Assembly: GCA_021818955.1 (NCBI GenBank)
Contig: JAKASR010000006.1
Coordinates: 14,886-78,885, forward strand
Source of the DNA: Acidobacteriota bacterium
GTDB lineage: Bacteria > Acidobacteriota > Terriglobia > Terriglobales > SCQP01
Reading direction: 5' to 3'
DNA: 64,000 bases
The notes beneath the pieces were generated by a model that was not told the origin of the DNA, searched no databases, and worked only from the letters and a program-made list of their open reading frames with translations. Shown one piece after another: positions 1 to 7,608 of this stretch (positions are counted from its first letter, which is position 1; each line of letters begins with the position of its first letter). A program made the translations under genes and the position numbers.

Positions 1-58
1 GTTTCGGCCGGACTTTTGCGAAAGCGTCAGCGCCTAAAAGTAAAAGCGGCCGTGCCGC
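1..58 (+). repeat. Dispersed intergenic repeat, copy A (3' 58 nt of the core; truncated by the window edge)
   Basis: nt 1-58 align without gaps to 33811-33868 and 57437-57494 with only a few substitutions. It ends in the shared terminus AGTAAAAGCGGCCGTGCCGC. Confidence 0.9.
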
Positions 59-97
59 CGTGAACGAGCGGCCAGGCCGCGCACCGGGAATGTAAGC

Positions 98-128
98 AAA
101 AAGAGCGGGCGTTGCGCCCGCTCTTTTT
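98..128 (-). terminator. Rho-independent (bidirectional) terminator downstream of hppA
   Basis: AAAAA-GAGCGGGCG-TTG-CGCCCGCTC-TTTTT. Perfect 9-bp GC stem (103-111/115-123), 3-nt loop, A5/T5 flanks. Lies about 25 nt beyond the hppA stop. Confidence 0.8.
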
Positions 129-154
129 GCTTTTTCCGCGAATAGGGTTCGGGG

Positions 155-2704
155 TTATCGCGCCGGGCCGGCGGCTTTCGCCTCGCGCTCCGGCTGTCCG
201 CTGCCGATGCGCATGCCGTAGAAGGAGCGATAGACGAAGTAATAGGAAATGATAAAAAACACCGCCGCCAGAATGTGCGTCAGCGTGGGGCCGTGCGTGG
301 CGGTGAGGCGCACCGCCAGCTCCACCGCCAGCAGCCCGAACAGGGTAGTGAATTTGATGATGGGGTTGAGGGCCACCGAAGAGGTGTCTTTGAAGGGATC
401 GCCGACGGTGTCGCCCACCACGGTGGCGTCGTGCAGCGGCGTGCCTTTCTCTTTCAATTCCACTTCGACAATTTTCTTGGCATTGTCCCATGCGCCGCCG
501 GCATTGGCCATGAAGATGGCCTGATAGAGGCCGAAGGCGGCAATCGAGATCAGGTAGCCGATAAAGAAGAACGGGTCGGCAAAGGCGAAGGCCAGGGTGA
601 CGAAGAACACGGCGATGAAGATATTGAGCATGCCGCGCTGGGCGTATTGGGTGCAGATGCTCACCACTTTTTTGCTGTCTTCAGTCGAAGCCTTTTCCAC
701 GCCTTCGAGCCGGATGTTGGCCTTGATGAACTCCACCGCGCGATAAGCGCCGGTGGTCACCGCCTGGATGGAAGCCCCGGTGAACCAGTAAATCACCGCG
801 CCGCCGGAGATCAGGCCCAAGACAAAGGGAGCGTGCAACAGCGATAATTTGCTGATATTTATCGTCAGCCCTTTGGTCAGCGCCATGATGGTGGCGAAAA
901 TCATGGTGGTGGCGCCAACCACGGCGGTGCCGATCAACACCGGCTTGGCGGTGGCCTTGAAGGTGTTGCCGGCGCCGTCGTTGGCTTCCAGCATTTCCTT
1001 GGCGCGCTCGAAGTTGAGGTCGAAGTGGAAGTTGCGCTTCACTTCCTGGTGCACGTTGGGCACGTGTTCGATGAGCGAAAGCTCATAGACCGATTGGGCG
1101 TTGTCGGCCACGGGGCCGTAAGAATCCACCGCAATCGTGACCGGCCCCATGCCGAGGAAGCCGAAGGCCACCAAACCGAAGGCGAAGACCGGCGCCGCCT
1201 TCATAATTTGCGGATTGTCGAGCCCATGCAGGCTGACCCAGGAGCCGATGGCCATCAGCGCCATCATCGTGAGGCCGAGATAGTAGCTGGAAAAGTTGCC
1301 GGAGACGAAGCCGGAAAGGATATCGAGCGAGGCTCCGCCCTCGCGCGCCGAAGCCACTACTTCTTTCACATGGCGCGACTCGGTCGAGGTGAACACCTTG
1401 ACCAGCTCGGGAATGAGCGCGCCGGCCAGAGTGCCGCAGGAAACGATGGTGGCGAGTTTCCACCAGAGGCTGGGATCGCCGCCGATGGAGGGCAGAATCA
1501 GCTTGGAGCTGATGAAGGTCAAGCCGATGGAGATGAGCGAGGTCAGCCAGATCAGCGAAGTCAGCGGGGCTTCGAAATTCATGCTCTCCGCCTGGCTATA
1601 GCGGGCGCGAACGACGGCTTCGTTGAGGTAGTAGGCCGCCGCCGCGGCAATCAACATGACGATGCGGATGACGAAAATCCAGACCAGCAACTGGACCTTG
1701 GTGATGGCCGAAGGCACTGCCAGCAGGATGAAAGTGATGAGCGCGACGCCGGTGACGCCGTAGGTTTCAAAGCCATCGGCGCTGGGCCCGACCGAGTCGC
1801 CGGCATTGTCGCCGGTACAGTCGGCAATCACGCCGGGGTTGCGGGCATCGTCTTCCTTGATCTTGAAGACGATCTTCATCAGATCGGCGCCGATATCGGC
1901 GATTTTGGTGAAAATGCCGCCGGCAATACGCAGCGCGGCCGCGCCAAGCGACTCGCCAATGGCGAAGCCGATGAAGCAGGGGCCGGCGTATTCGCCCGGC
2001 ACGAACAGCAGAATGAACAGCATCATCAGCAGCTCGACAGAGATAAGCATCATGCCGACGCTCATGCCGGCGCTGATCGGGATGCGGTAAACCGGGTAGG
2101 GCTTGCCTTCGAGGGCGGCGAAGGCGGTGCGCGAATTGGCGAAGGTATTGACCCGGATGCCATACCAGGCCACCAGATAACTGCCGCAGATGCCGAGAAC
2201 GCTGAAAGCCAGAATGATCAGCACCTGGCCGGCGGAAAAGCTGGAGAGCACGCCGAAGTAGAGGATGATGATGGCGGCGATGAAGGTCCAGAGCAGCAGC
2301 AGGAATTTACCCTGCTGCACCAGGTAGGTTTTGCAGGTTTCCCAGATCAGCAGAGAAACATCCGCCATCGAGCGGTGAACGGGGAGGTTTTTCAAGCGGC
2401 CGTACATGATCAGGCCGAACAATAGGCCCAGGCCGCAGAAAATCAGGCCGTAGAGCAGCAGATGATGGCCATTCACGCCGAGGAAATTGACTTGCGAGAG
2501 CGAAGGCAAGCGCAAGTTGGCCTCGCCCGAGGGAGCGGCCTGCGTGGCGGCGGAAGCGGCCGAAGCTGAAGCCGCCGCGCCGGGCGACACCGCGGCTTGA
2601 GCGGTTGCGCGGGCAGCGCAGGCCAGGCCAGCGAAGCCGCCGATCAACGTTTTGAAGATTCGGTCGTGCAGGCGCGACCCTGGCGACACTGGTTCCAATC
2701 CCAT
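155..2704 (-). CDS. hppA: Membrane-bound H+(or Na+)-translocating pyrophosphatase
   Basis: Long multi-TM ORF with the hallmark motifs ADCTGDNAGDSVGP and GDTVGDPFKDTSSVALNPIIKF. Start placed at ATG 2704 (GGAGAGG 6 nt upstream). The ORF-track start at 2818 looks like an upstream extension. Confidence 0.9.
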   Translation of the reverse strand: MGLEPVSPGSRLHDRIFKTLIGGFAGLACAARATAQAAVSPGAAASASAASAATQAAPSGEANLRLPSLSQVNFLGVNGHHLLLYGLIFCGLGLLFGLIMYGRLKNLPVHRSMADVSLLIWETCKTYLVQQGKFLLLLWTFIAAIIILYFGVLSSFSAGQVLIILAFSVLGICGSYLVAWYGIRVNTFANSRTAFAALEGKPYPVYRIPISAGMSVGMMLISVELLMMLFILLFVPGEYAGPCFIGFAIGESLGAAALRIAGGIFTKIADIGADLMKIVFKIKEDDARNPGVIADCTGDNAGDSVGPSADGFETYGVTGVALITFILLAVPSAITKVQLLVWIFVIRIVMLIAAAAAYYLNEAVVRARYSQAESMNFEAPLTSLIWLTSLISIGLTFISSKLILPSIGGDPSLWWKLATIVSCGTLAGALIPELVKVFTSTESRHVKEVVASAREGGASLDILSGFVSGNFSSYYLGLTMMALMAIGSWVSLHGLDNPQIMKAAPVFAFGLVAFGFLGMGPVTIAVDSYGPVADNAQSVYELSLIEHVPNVHQEVKRNFHFDLNFERAKEMLEANDGAGNTFKATAKPVLIGTAVVGATTMIFATIMALTKGLTINISKLSLLHAPFVLGLISGGAVIYWFTGASIQAVTTGAYRAVEFIKANIRLEGVEKASTEDSKKVVSICTQYAQRGMLNIFIAVFFVTLAFAFADPFFFIGYLISIAAFGLYQAIFMANAGGAWDNAKKIVEVELKEKGTPLHDATVVGDTVGDPFKDTSSVALNPIIKFTTLFGLLAVELAVRLTATHGPTLTHILAAVFFIISYYFVYRSFYGMRIGSGQPEREAKAAGPAR

Positions 2705-2900
2705 AATCATCCTCTCCCCTATGTTCCTCTGTAAGTTGTGTGTGGACCGGACGGCGAACTCGCGCCGGTTATTCGATTTCACCTGGAGGAGCTCCAAGCT
2801 TTGACGAATGTCTATCATAGCCTTGCCTTTGCATCACGGGCAACCCGGGACCGAGGCGGCGGTCGAACCAGGCTTCAGCATCACAGTACAATAGGTTTAA

Positions 2901-4133
2901 GTGTTCAAGAAGCTCGATGCGTGGTGGCGAGACGCGCTGGTCTGCGGACTATGCGCCGCCAGCCTTTACGCCGCTCCTGCCCGCCCGCACACGCCGCTGA
3001 AACAACTGCTGAACAGCCAGCTTGAACAGCGCGGTTTCTGGCACTTTTTCAACCTGGAATACGGTCCGGCGCTGCGCGACTTTCAGGAATTAGCCCGCCG
3101 CCGGCCCTGGGATGCCTCCGTATGGAACCATATCACCCAGACGCTGATCTACCGGGAGATGTACCGCATCGGGGCGCTCGAAACTCAGCTCTATAGCCAT
3201 GGCAACCCGTTTCTAAAGACCAAGCTGCCGCCGCCCAGTCCGGCGGCGCTGAAAGCGATTTTGAGCGCCAACCGGCGCGCCATGCTGCTGGCGCGGCAGG
3301 TGCTGGTCCATAAACCTCACGATGCCTTTGCCCGTTACAACGAGGCCGTCGCCTGGGCGCAACGCGGCACCTATTATTTCGTGCTGCACAAATCGTACTT
3401 TGAAGCCTTGCGTGATGCTTTGCGGGCGCGCCATCAGGCCAGGCTGGCGGAAAAATACGATCCCCATTTTGTGGACCCGAGGCTGATACTCGGGGTGCAG
3501 CAATTTGTTGCCGCAAGCCTGCCCTGGTCGGTCAAACTGCTGGCCCATTTCGTCGGTTACAGCGGCAGCAAGAAGAAGGGAATTGCCGAAATTCAAGACG
3601 TCATCGCGCATGGCGAAAATGCGCGCACCGACGCCCGGGTGCTGTTGGTCGTGATTTACCGCCGGGAAGGTTTAAACCGCCAGGTGCTGCCCATTCTGGG
3701 CTGGCTGCAGCAGCATTATCCGCGTAATGTGCTGTTTGCGGTCGAACAGGCCGAAGCGACCGAGGCGGCCGGGCTGCACGAGCAGGCGCGGAAGGAATAT
3801 CACGCCATCTTGCAGCGCGCCGCCGCCCATGCTCCCGGCTATGAAAACGCGCCGCTCGACAAAGTATGGTACGACCTGGGCGGCATCAATCGGCTGTATT
3901 CGCGCTGGGGCGCGGCTTTGGCCGATTACCGCCGTTCCGCCCAGGTTTCGCATGCGGAACTGCGTTACCGGCAGGCCGCCGAACTGGCCGCCGGGCAGAT
4001 GCAAGACATGCTGGGCAACCGCAGCGCCGCTCTGGTCGCATATAAAAACTGCCTCGCGCTGGGAGAAAGCCCCGCCGCCAAGGCCGCTCAACATTACTTG
4101 CAGCACCCTTACCGGCGGCAGCATAAAAGCTAA
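2901..4133 (+). CDS. Hypothetical secreted helical-repeat (TPR-like) protein
   Basis: 410-aa ORF with a GTG start. N-terminal hydrophobic signal-like segment (LVCGLCAASLYAAPA). Alpha-helical repeat-like composition and no catalytic motif recognised. Confidence 0.5.
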   Translation: MFKKLDAWWRDALVCGLCAASLYAAPARPHTPLKQLLNSQLEQRGFWHFFNLEYGPALRDFQELARRRPWDASVWNHITQTLIYREMYRIGALETQLYSHGNPFLKTKLPPPSPAALKAILSANRRAMLLARQVLVHKPHDAFARYNEAVAWAQRGTYYFVLHKSYFEALRDALRARHQARLAEKYDPHFVDPRLILGVQQFVAASLPWSVKLLAHFVGYSGSKKKGIAEIQDVIAHGENARTDARVLLVVIYRREGLNRQVLPILGWLQQHYPRNVLFAVEQAEATEAAGLHEQARKEYHAILQRAAAHAPGYENAPLDKVWYDLGGINRLYSRWGAALADYRRSAQVSHAELRYRQAAELAAGQMQDMLGNRSAALVAYKNCLALGESPAAKAAQHYLQHPYRRQHKS

Positions 4134-4140
4134 GCGATGC

Positions 4141-4180
4141 AGTAAGAGCGGCCGAGCCGCTTCGACTCGGCCGATAACGC
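4141..4180. repeat. REP-like hairpin built from the two termini of the dispersed repeat in inverted arrangement
   Basis: 4141-4160 AGTAAGAGCGGCCGAGCCGC matches the repeat right terminus (33849-33868) at 19/20. 4166-4180 CTCGGCCGATAACGC is the reverse complement of the left terminus GCGTTAACGGCCGAG (14/15). CGGCCGAG (4149-4156) pairs with CTCGGCCG (4166-4173). Confidence 0.7.
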
Positions 4181-4220
4181 TTGACGGCGACGCGGCGGGC
4201 ACTACTGATATGATCCTGCT

Positions 4221-5063
4221 ATGCAAATCGCCATTCAGGGCGAGGCCGGCTCGTTCAGCGAGGAAGCCGCACTGCGGCTTTTTCCCCGCGCCCGCATGCT
4301 GGCCTGCGCCACCTTTGCCGAAGCCTTTGAAAGCCTGGTCGCCGGCCGCGTCCAGCGGGCGCTGATCCCGATCGAAAACAGCCTCGCCGGGGCGGTCAGC
4401 GAAAGCTACGATCTGCTGCGGTTGCAGCCGGTGCGCATTGTAGGCGAAGTCCAAATCCGGATCGAGCACAACCTGATCGCCCCTCCCGGCGTAAGCTTGG
4501 CCCGCATCCGCCGCGTCCTCTCCCACCCCGTCGCCCTGCAGCAATGCCGGCGTTTTCTCCATCAACATCGCCGCTGGCAGGCTGTCCCATTTTATGACAC
4601 CGCAGGTAGCGTGAAGCACTTAATGGATACGGGCGCGCAAGACGCCGCCGCCATCGCCGGCCGGCGCGCGGCCCAAGTTTACGGCGCCCGAGTGCTGGCG
4701 CCCGGAATCGAGGATAACCGCCAGAACTATACCCGTTTTTTTCTGCTCGACCGGGCTACGAAACCCGCGGAGGCGCTATCCACCCCGGCAGACGCCAACA
4801 AGATTTCGATTGTCTTTCTCGCCTCCAATCAGCCGGGCGCATTGTTTAAATGCCTGGCGGTGTTTGCTTTGCGTGAAATTGACCTGACGCGGATAGAATC
4901 TCGCCCCATTCCGGGAAAGCCTTGGGAATACAGTTTTTATGTGGACTTTCGCGGAAACCTCCGGCAAAAGACCACCCGGAATGCGCTGCGGCATCTGGAG
5001 GAGATATCGGACTCGGTTAAGGTCCTGGGATGCTACCGGGCTGCGGACAAAACCTTAGCTTGA
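4221..5063 (+). CDS. pheA: Prephenate dehydratase (PDT domain + C-terminal ACT domain)
   Basis: N-terminus MQIAIQGEAGSFSEEAA. ACT region ISIVFLASNQPGALFKCLAVFALREIDLTRIESRP. 280 aa. Confidence 0.85.
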   Translation: MQIAIQGEAGSFSEEAALRLFPRARMLACATFAEAFESLVAGRVQRALIPIENSLAGAVSESYDLLRLQPVRIVGEVQIRIEHNLIAPPGVSLARIRRVLSHPVALQQCRRFLHQHRRWQAVPFYDTAGSVKHLMDTGAQDAAAIAGRRAAQVYGARVLAPGIEDNRQNYTRFFLLDRATKPAEALSTPADANKISIVFLASNQPGALFKCLAVFALREIDLTRIESRPIPGKPWEYSFYVDFRGNLRQKTTRNALRHLEEISDSVKVLGCYRAADKTLA

Positions 5064-5088
5064 CATTGTCAAATTATATGAGCACAAT
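5060..5088 (+). promoter_or_regulatory. Candidate sigma70-type promoter for lon
   Basis: TTGACA (5060-5065), 17-nt spacer, CACAAT (5083-5088), about 38 nt upstream of the lon ATG. The -35 is embedded in the 13-nt palindrome TTGACATTGTCAA. The -10 is weak. Confidence 0.3.
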
Positions 5089-5125
5089 CAGTTCATAGCG
5101 GCCCGCTCATCCGAGCTGATTTGCC

Positions 5126-7537
5126 ATGCCTAATCCCAACCCCATTGATGTACCAAAGATTTTGCCAGTTCTGCCGGTGCGCGAGACGGTGTTATTTCCC
5201 CATGCCGTTTTGCCCCTGACCGTGGGCCGCGCTTCCTCCATTCAACTGGTGGATTCGCTGGGGGAAAACAAACTGTTGCTGGTCGTGACCCAGCGCGATG
5301 CCCACGTCGAAACGCCGAAGCCGAACGATATGTTCCAGGTGGGCTCGGTGGCGCTGGTGCACAAGATCGTGCGCATGCCCAACCAGACGCTGTTTCTGTT
5401 TATCGAGGGCGTGCAACGGTCACGCATTGCCGGATGGCTGCAGCTCGATCCTTACCTGACCGCCGAGCAAGAACTGATCGAGACCACGCCTTCGCTGAGC
5501 TCGCCGGAAACCGAGGCGCTGCACCGGAACGTGGTCAACTTGTTCCAGCAGATCGTCAGCCTCTCGCCCAATCTGTCCGACGAATTGCAGGGGCTGGTGA
5601 ACAACATTGAGGATGCGGGGCGATTGGCCGATTTTGTCGCCGCCTCGTTGCCCTCGCTTTCCACCTCGGACAAACAGGAACTGCTGGAAATCGCCGACGA
5701 TCATCAACGCCTGCTGGCCGTGCACCGCCATCTCAGCCGCGAGCTGGAAGTGCAGCAGTTGCGCAGCAAGCTGCAAAGCGAAGTGCAGGACCAGGTACAG
5801 CAGTCGCAGCGCGAATACTTCCTGCGCGAGCAGATGAAGGCGATCCAGAAGGAACTGGGCGAAGGCGACGAGACGCAGCGCGAGATCGAAGACCTGAAGC
5901 AGAAAATCGAAGCCGCCGGGATGCCGGACGAGGTCAAGGCGGAAGCTTTAAAAGAGACGCAGCGCCTGGGGCGAATGTCGCCGGCGGCGGCGGACTATTC
6001 GGTCACCCGCAACTATGTCGAATGGCTGATCATGCTGCCCTGGTCGAAAAGTTCCGCCGGCGAGGTGGACCTGATCAAAGCGGCGCAGATCCTGAACGAA
6101 GACCATTACGACCTGGAAAAGGTCAAAGACCGTATCCTCGACTACCTGGCGGTGTTGCGCCTGAAGCCGGAGATGAAGGGCCCGATCCTGTGTTTTGTCG
6201 GCCCTCCCGGGGTGGGCAAAACCTCGCTGGGGCGCTCGATTGCGCGCGCCCTGGGGCGCAAATTCTACCGGCTGTCGCTAGGCGGCGTGCATGACGAAGC
6301 GGAGATCCGCGGTCACCGCCGCACCTACATTGGGGCCTTGCCCGGGCAGATCATCCAGGGCTTGCGGCGCGCCGGCACCAACGACCCGGTATTCATGCTC
6401 GACGAAGTGGACAAAATCGGGCGGGATTTTCGCGGCGACCCCTCTTCGGCGTTGCTCGAGGTGCTTGATCCGGAGCAGAATTTCGCGTTCCGTGACAATT
6501 ATCTCGACCTGCCGTTCAATCTTTCGCGCGTGCTGTTCATCACCACCGCGAACATGCTCGACACCATTCCCGAGCCGTTGCGCGACCGCATGGAAACGAT
6601 CGAGCTGAGCGGGTACACGGAGGAAGAGAAACAGCATATTGCCTTCCGCTACCTGATTCCCAAGCAGTGCAAGGAAAACGGCGTCGCCGAAGACCGCATT
6701 CACTTCCAGCCGGAGGCGGTGCAGTCGCTGATTCGCAATTACACCCGCGAAGCCGGGGTGCGCAGCCTGGAGCGGCAGATCGGCTCGGTGGTGCGTAAGT
6801 ACGCGCGCCGGCTGGGAGAAAAGCCCGAGGAAGGGGTCGGGGTGCTGGAAGTCACTCCGGCGCTGGTGCGCGAGTTCCTGGGCGGTCCCAAGGTGTGGGT
6901 CGAAACCGAAATTGCCGAACGCACCCGCCGCGCTGGCGTCGCCGTCGGCCTGGCCTGGACGCCGACGGGAGGCGACGTGCTCTTCGTCGAGGCCAACCGC
7001 ATGAAAGGCGGCAAAGGGTTCACCATGACCGGGCACCTGGGCCAAGTCATGCAGGAATCCATGCAAGCCGCCCTGACCTGGGTGCGCTCGCATGCCGCCA
7101 TGCTGCATATTCCGGAAGACTTTTTCCAGCAGCACGACATCCATATTCACGTGCCCGCCGGCGCCATCCCCAAAGATGGCCCTTCGGCCGGCATCACGAT
7201 GGCAGTGGCGCTGGCTTCGCTGTTGATGGATCGTCCGGTGCGTCCGCGCCTGGCCATGACGGGCGAGTTGACGCTATCGGGCGATGTGCTGCCCATCGGC
7301 GGGGTGAAAGAAAAAGTATTGGCGGCCAAACGCGCCGGCATCGAGCACGTTCTGTTGCCGGCAGAAAACCGCCAGAACGTCGAAGAAGACCTGAAGCCGG
7401 AACAACTGCAGGGCATCGAGCTGCGCTATGTGCGCACCATGGAAGATGTGCTGCGGTTGGCGCTGCCGCAGTCGCCGGACGAACAGGCCGTCGACCAGAA
7501 GCAGCGCGATGAAATACTGGAGCCGGCGCATAAATAG
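5126..7537 (+). CDS. lon: ATP-dependent Lon protease
   Basis: 803 aa. Has a LON N-domain, Walker A GPPGVGKTSLG, and the protease active-site region PKDGPSAGITMAVAL. Confidence 0.95.
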   Translation: MPNPNPIDVPKILPVLPVRETVLFPHAVLPLTVGRASSIQLVDSLGENKLLLVVTQRDAHVETPKPNDMFQVGSVALVHKIVRMPNQTLFLFIEGVQRSRIAGWLQLDPYLTAEQELIETTPSLSSPETEALHRNVVNLFQQIVSLSPNLSDELQGLVNNIEDAGRLADFVAASLPSLSTSDKQELLEIADDHQRLLAVHRHLSRELEVQQLRSKLQSEVQDQVQQSQREYFLREQMKAIQKELGEGDETQREIEDLKQKIEAAGMPDEVKAEALKETQRLGRMSPAAADYSVTRNYVEWLIMLPWSKSSAGEVDLIKAAQILNEDHYDLEKVKDRILDYLAVLRLKPEMKGPILCFVGPPGVGKTSLGRSIARALGRKFYRLSLGGVHDEAEIRGHRRTYIGALPGQIIQGLRRAGTNDPVFMLDEVDKIGRDFRGDPSSALLEVLDPEQNFAFRDNYLDLPFNLSRVLFITTANMLDTIPEPLRDRMETIELSGYTEEEKQHIAFRYLIPKQCKENGVAEDRIHFQPEAVQSLIRNYTREAGVRSLERQIGSVVRKYARRLGEKPEEGVGVLEVTPALVREFLGGPKVWVETEIAERTRRAGVAVGLAWTPTGGDVLFVEANRMKGGKGFTMTGHLGQVMQESMQAALTWVRSHAAMLHIPEDFFQQHDIHIHVPAGAIPKDGPSAGITMAVALASLLMDRPVRPRLAMTGELTLSGDVLPIGGVKEKVLAAKRAGIEHVLLPAENRQNVEEDLKPEQLQGIELRYVRTMEDVLRLALPQSPDEQAVDQKQRDEILEPAHK

Positions 7538-7608
7538 GCGCAGTTTCCTGTACCAGTTTCCAATTGAGTTTTGGGTTTTGAGTTCCAAGTCATCTACGAA
7601 CAGAGAAG

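Noticed and set aside
27-491. 154-aa ORF on the minus strand spanning the hppA 3' end and the terminator region.
   Set aside because: It overlaps hppA in another frame and runs through the terminator hairpin. It ends in the repeat-encoded ...AAFTFRR* tail, so it is a composite of non-coding and out-of-frame sequence.
1025-2425. Long antisense or alternative-frame ORFs inside well-supported genes. Examples: 1025-2425(+) in hppA, 6278-7150(-) in lon, 17511-18293(-) in rpsB, 24118-24714(-) in ispH, 28066-28659(-) in argD, 38962-39882(+), 45236-46342(+), 51346-52074(+), 55704-56639(-) in priA, and 57363-58247(-) in the M50 gene.
   Set aside because: These are typical high-GC artefacts. Their translations are low-complexity and rich in R/A/G/P with no recognisable motifs, and each lies opposite or out of frame to a gene with strong family signatures.
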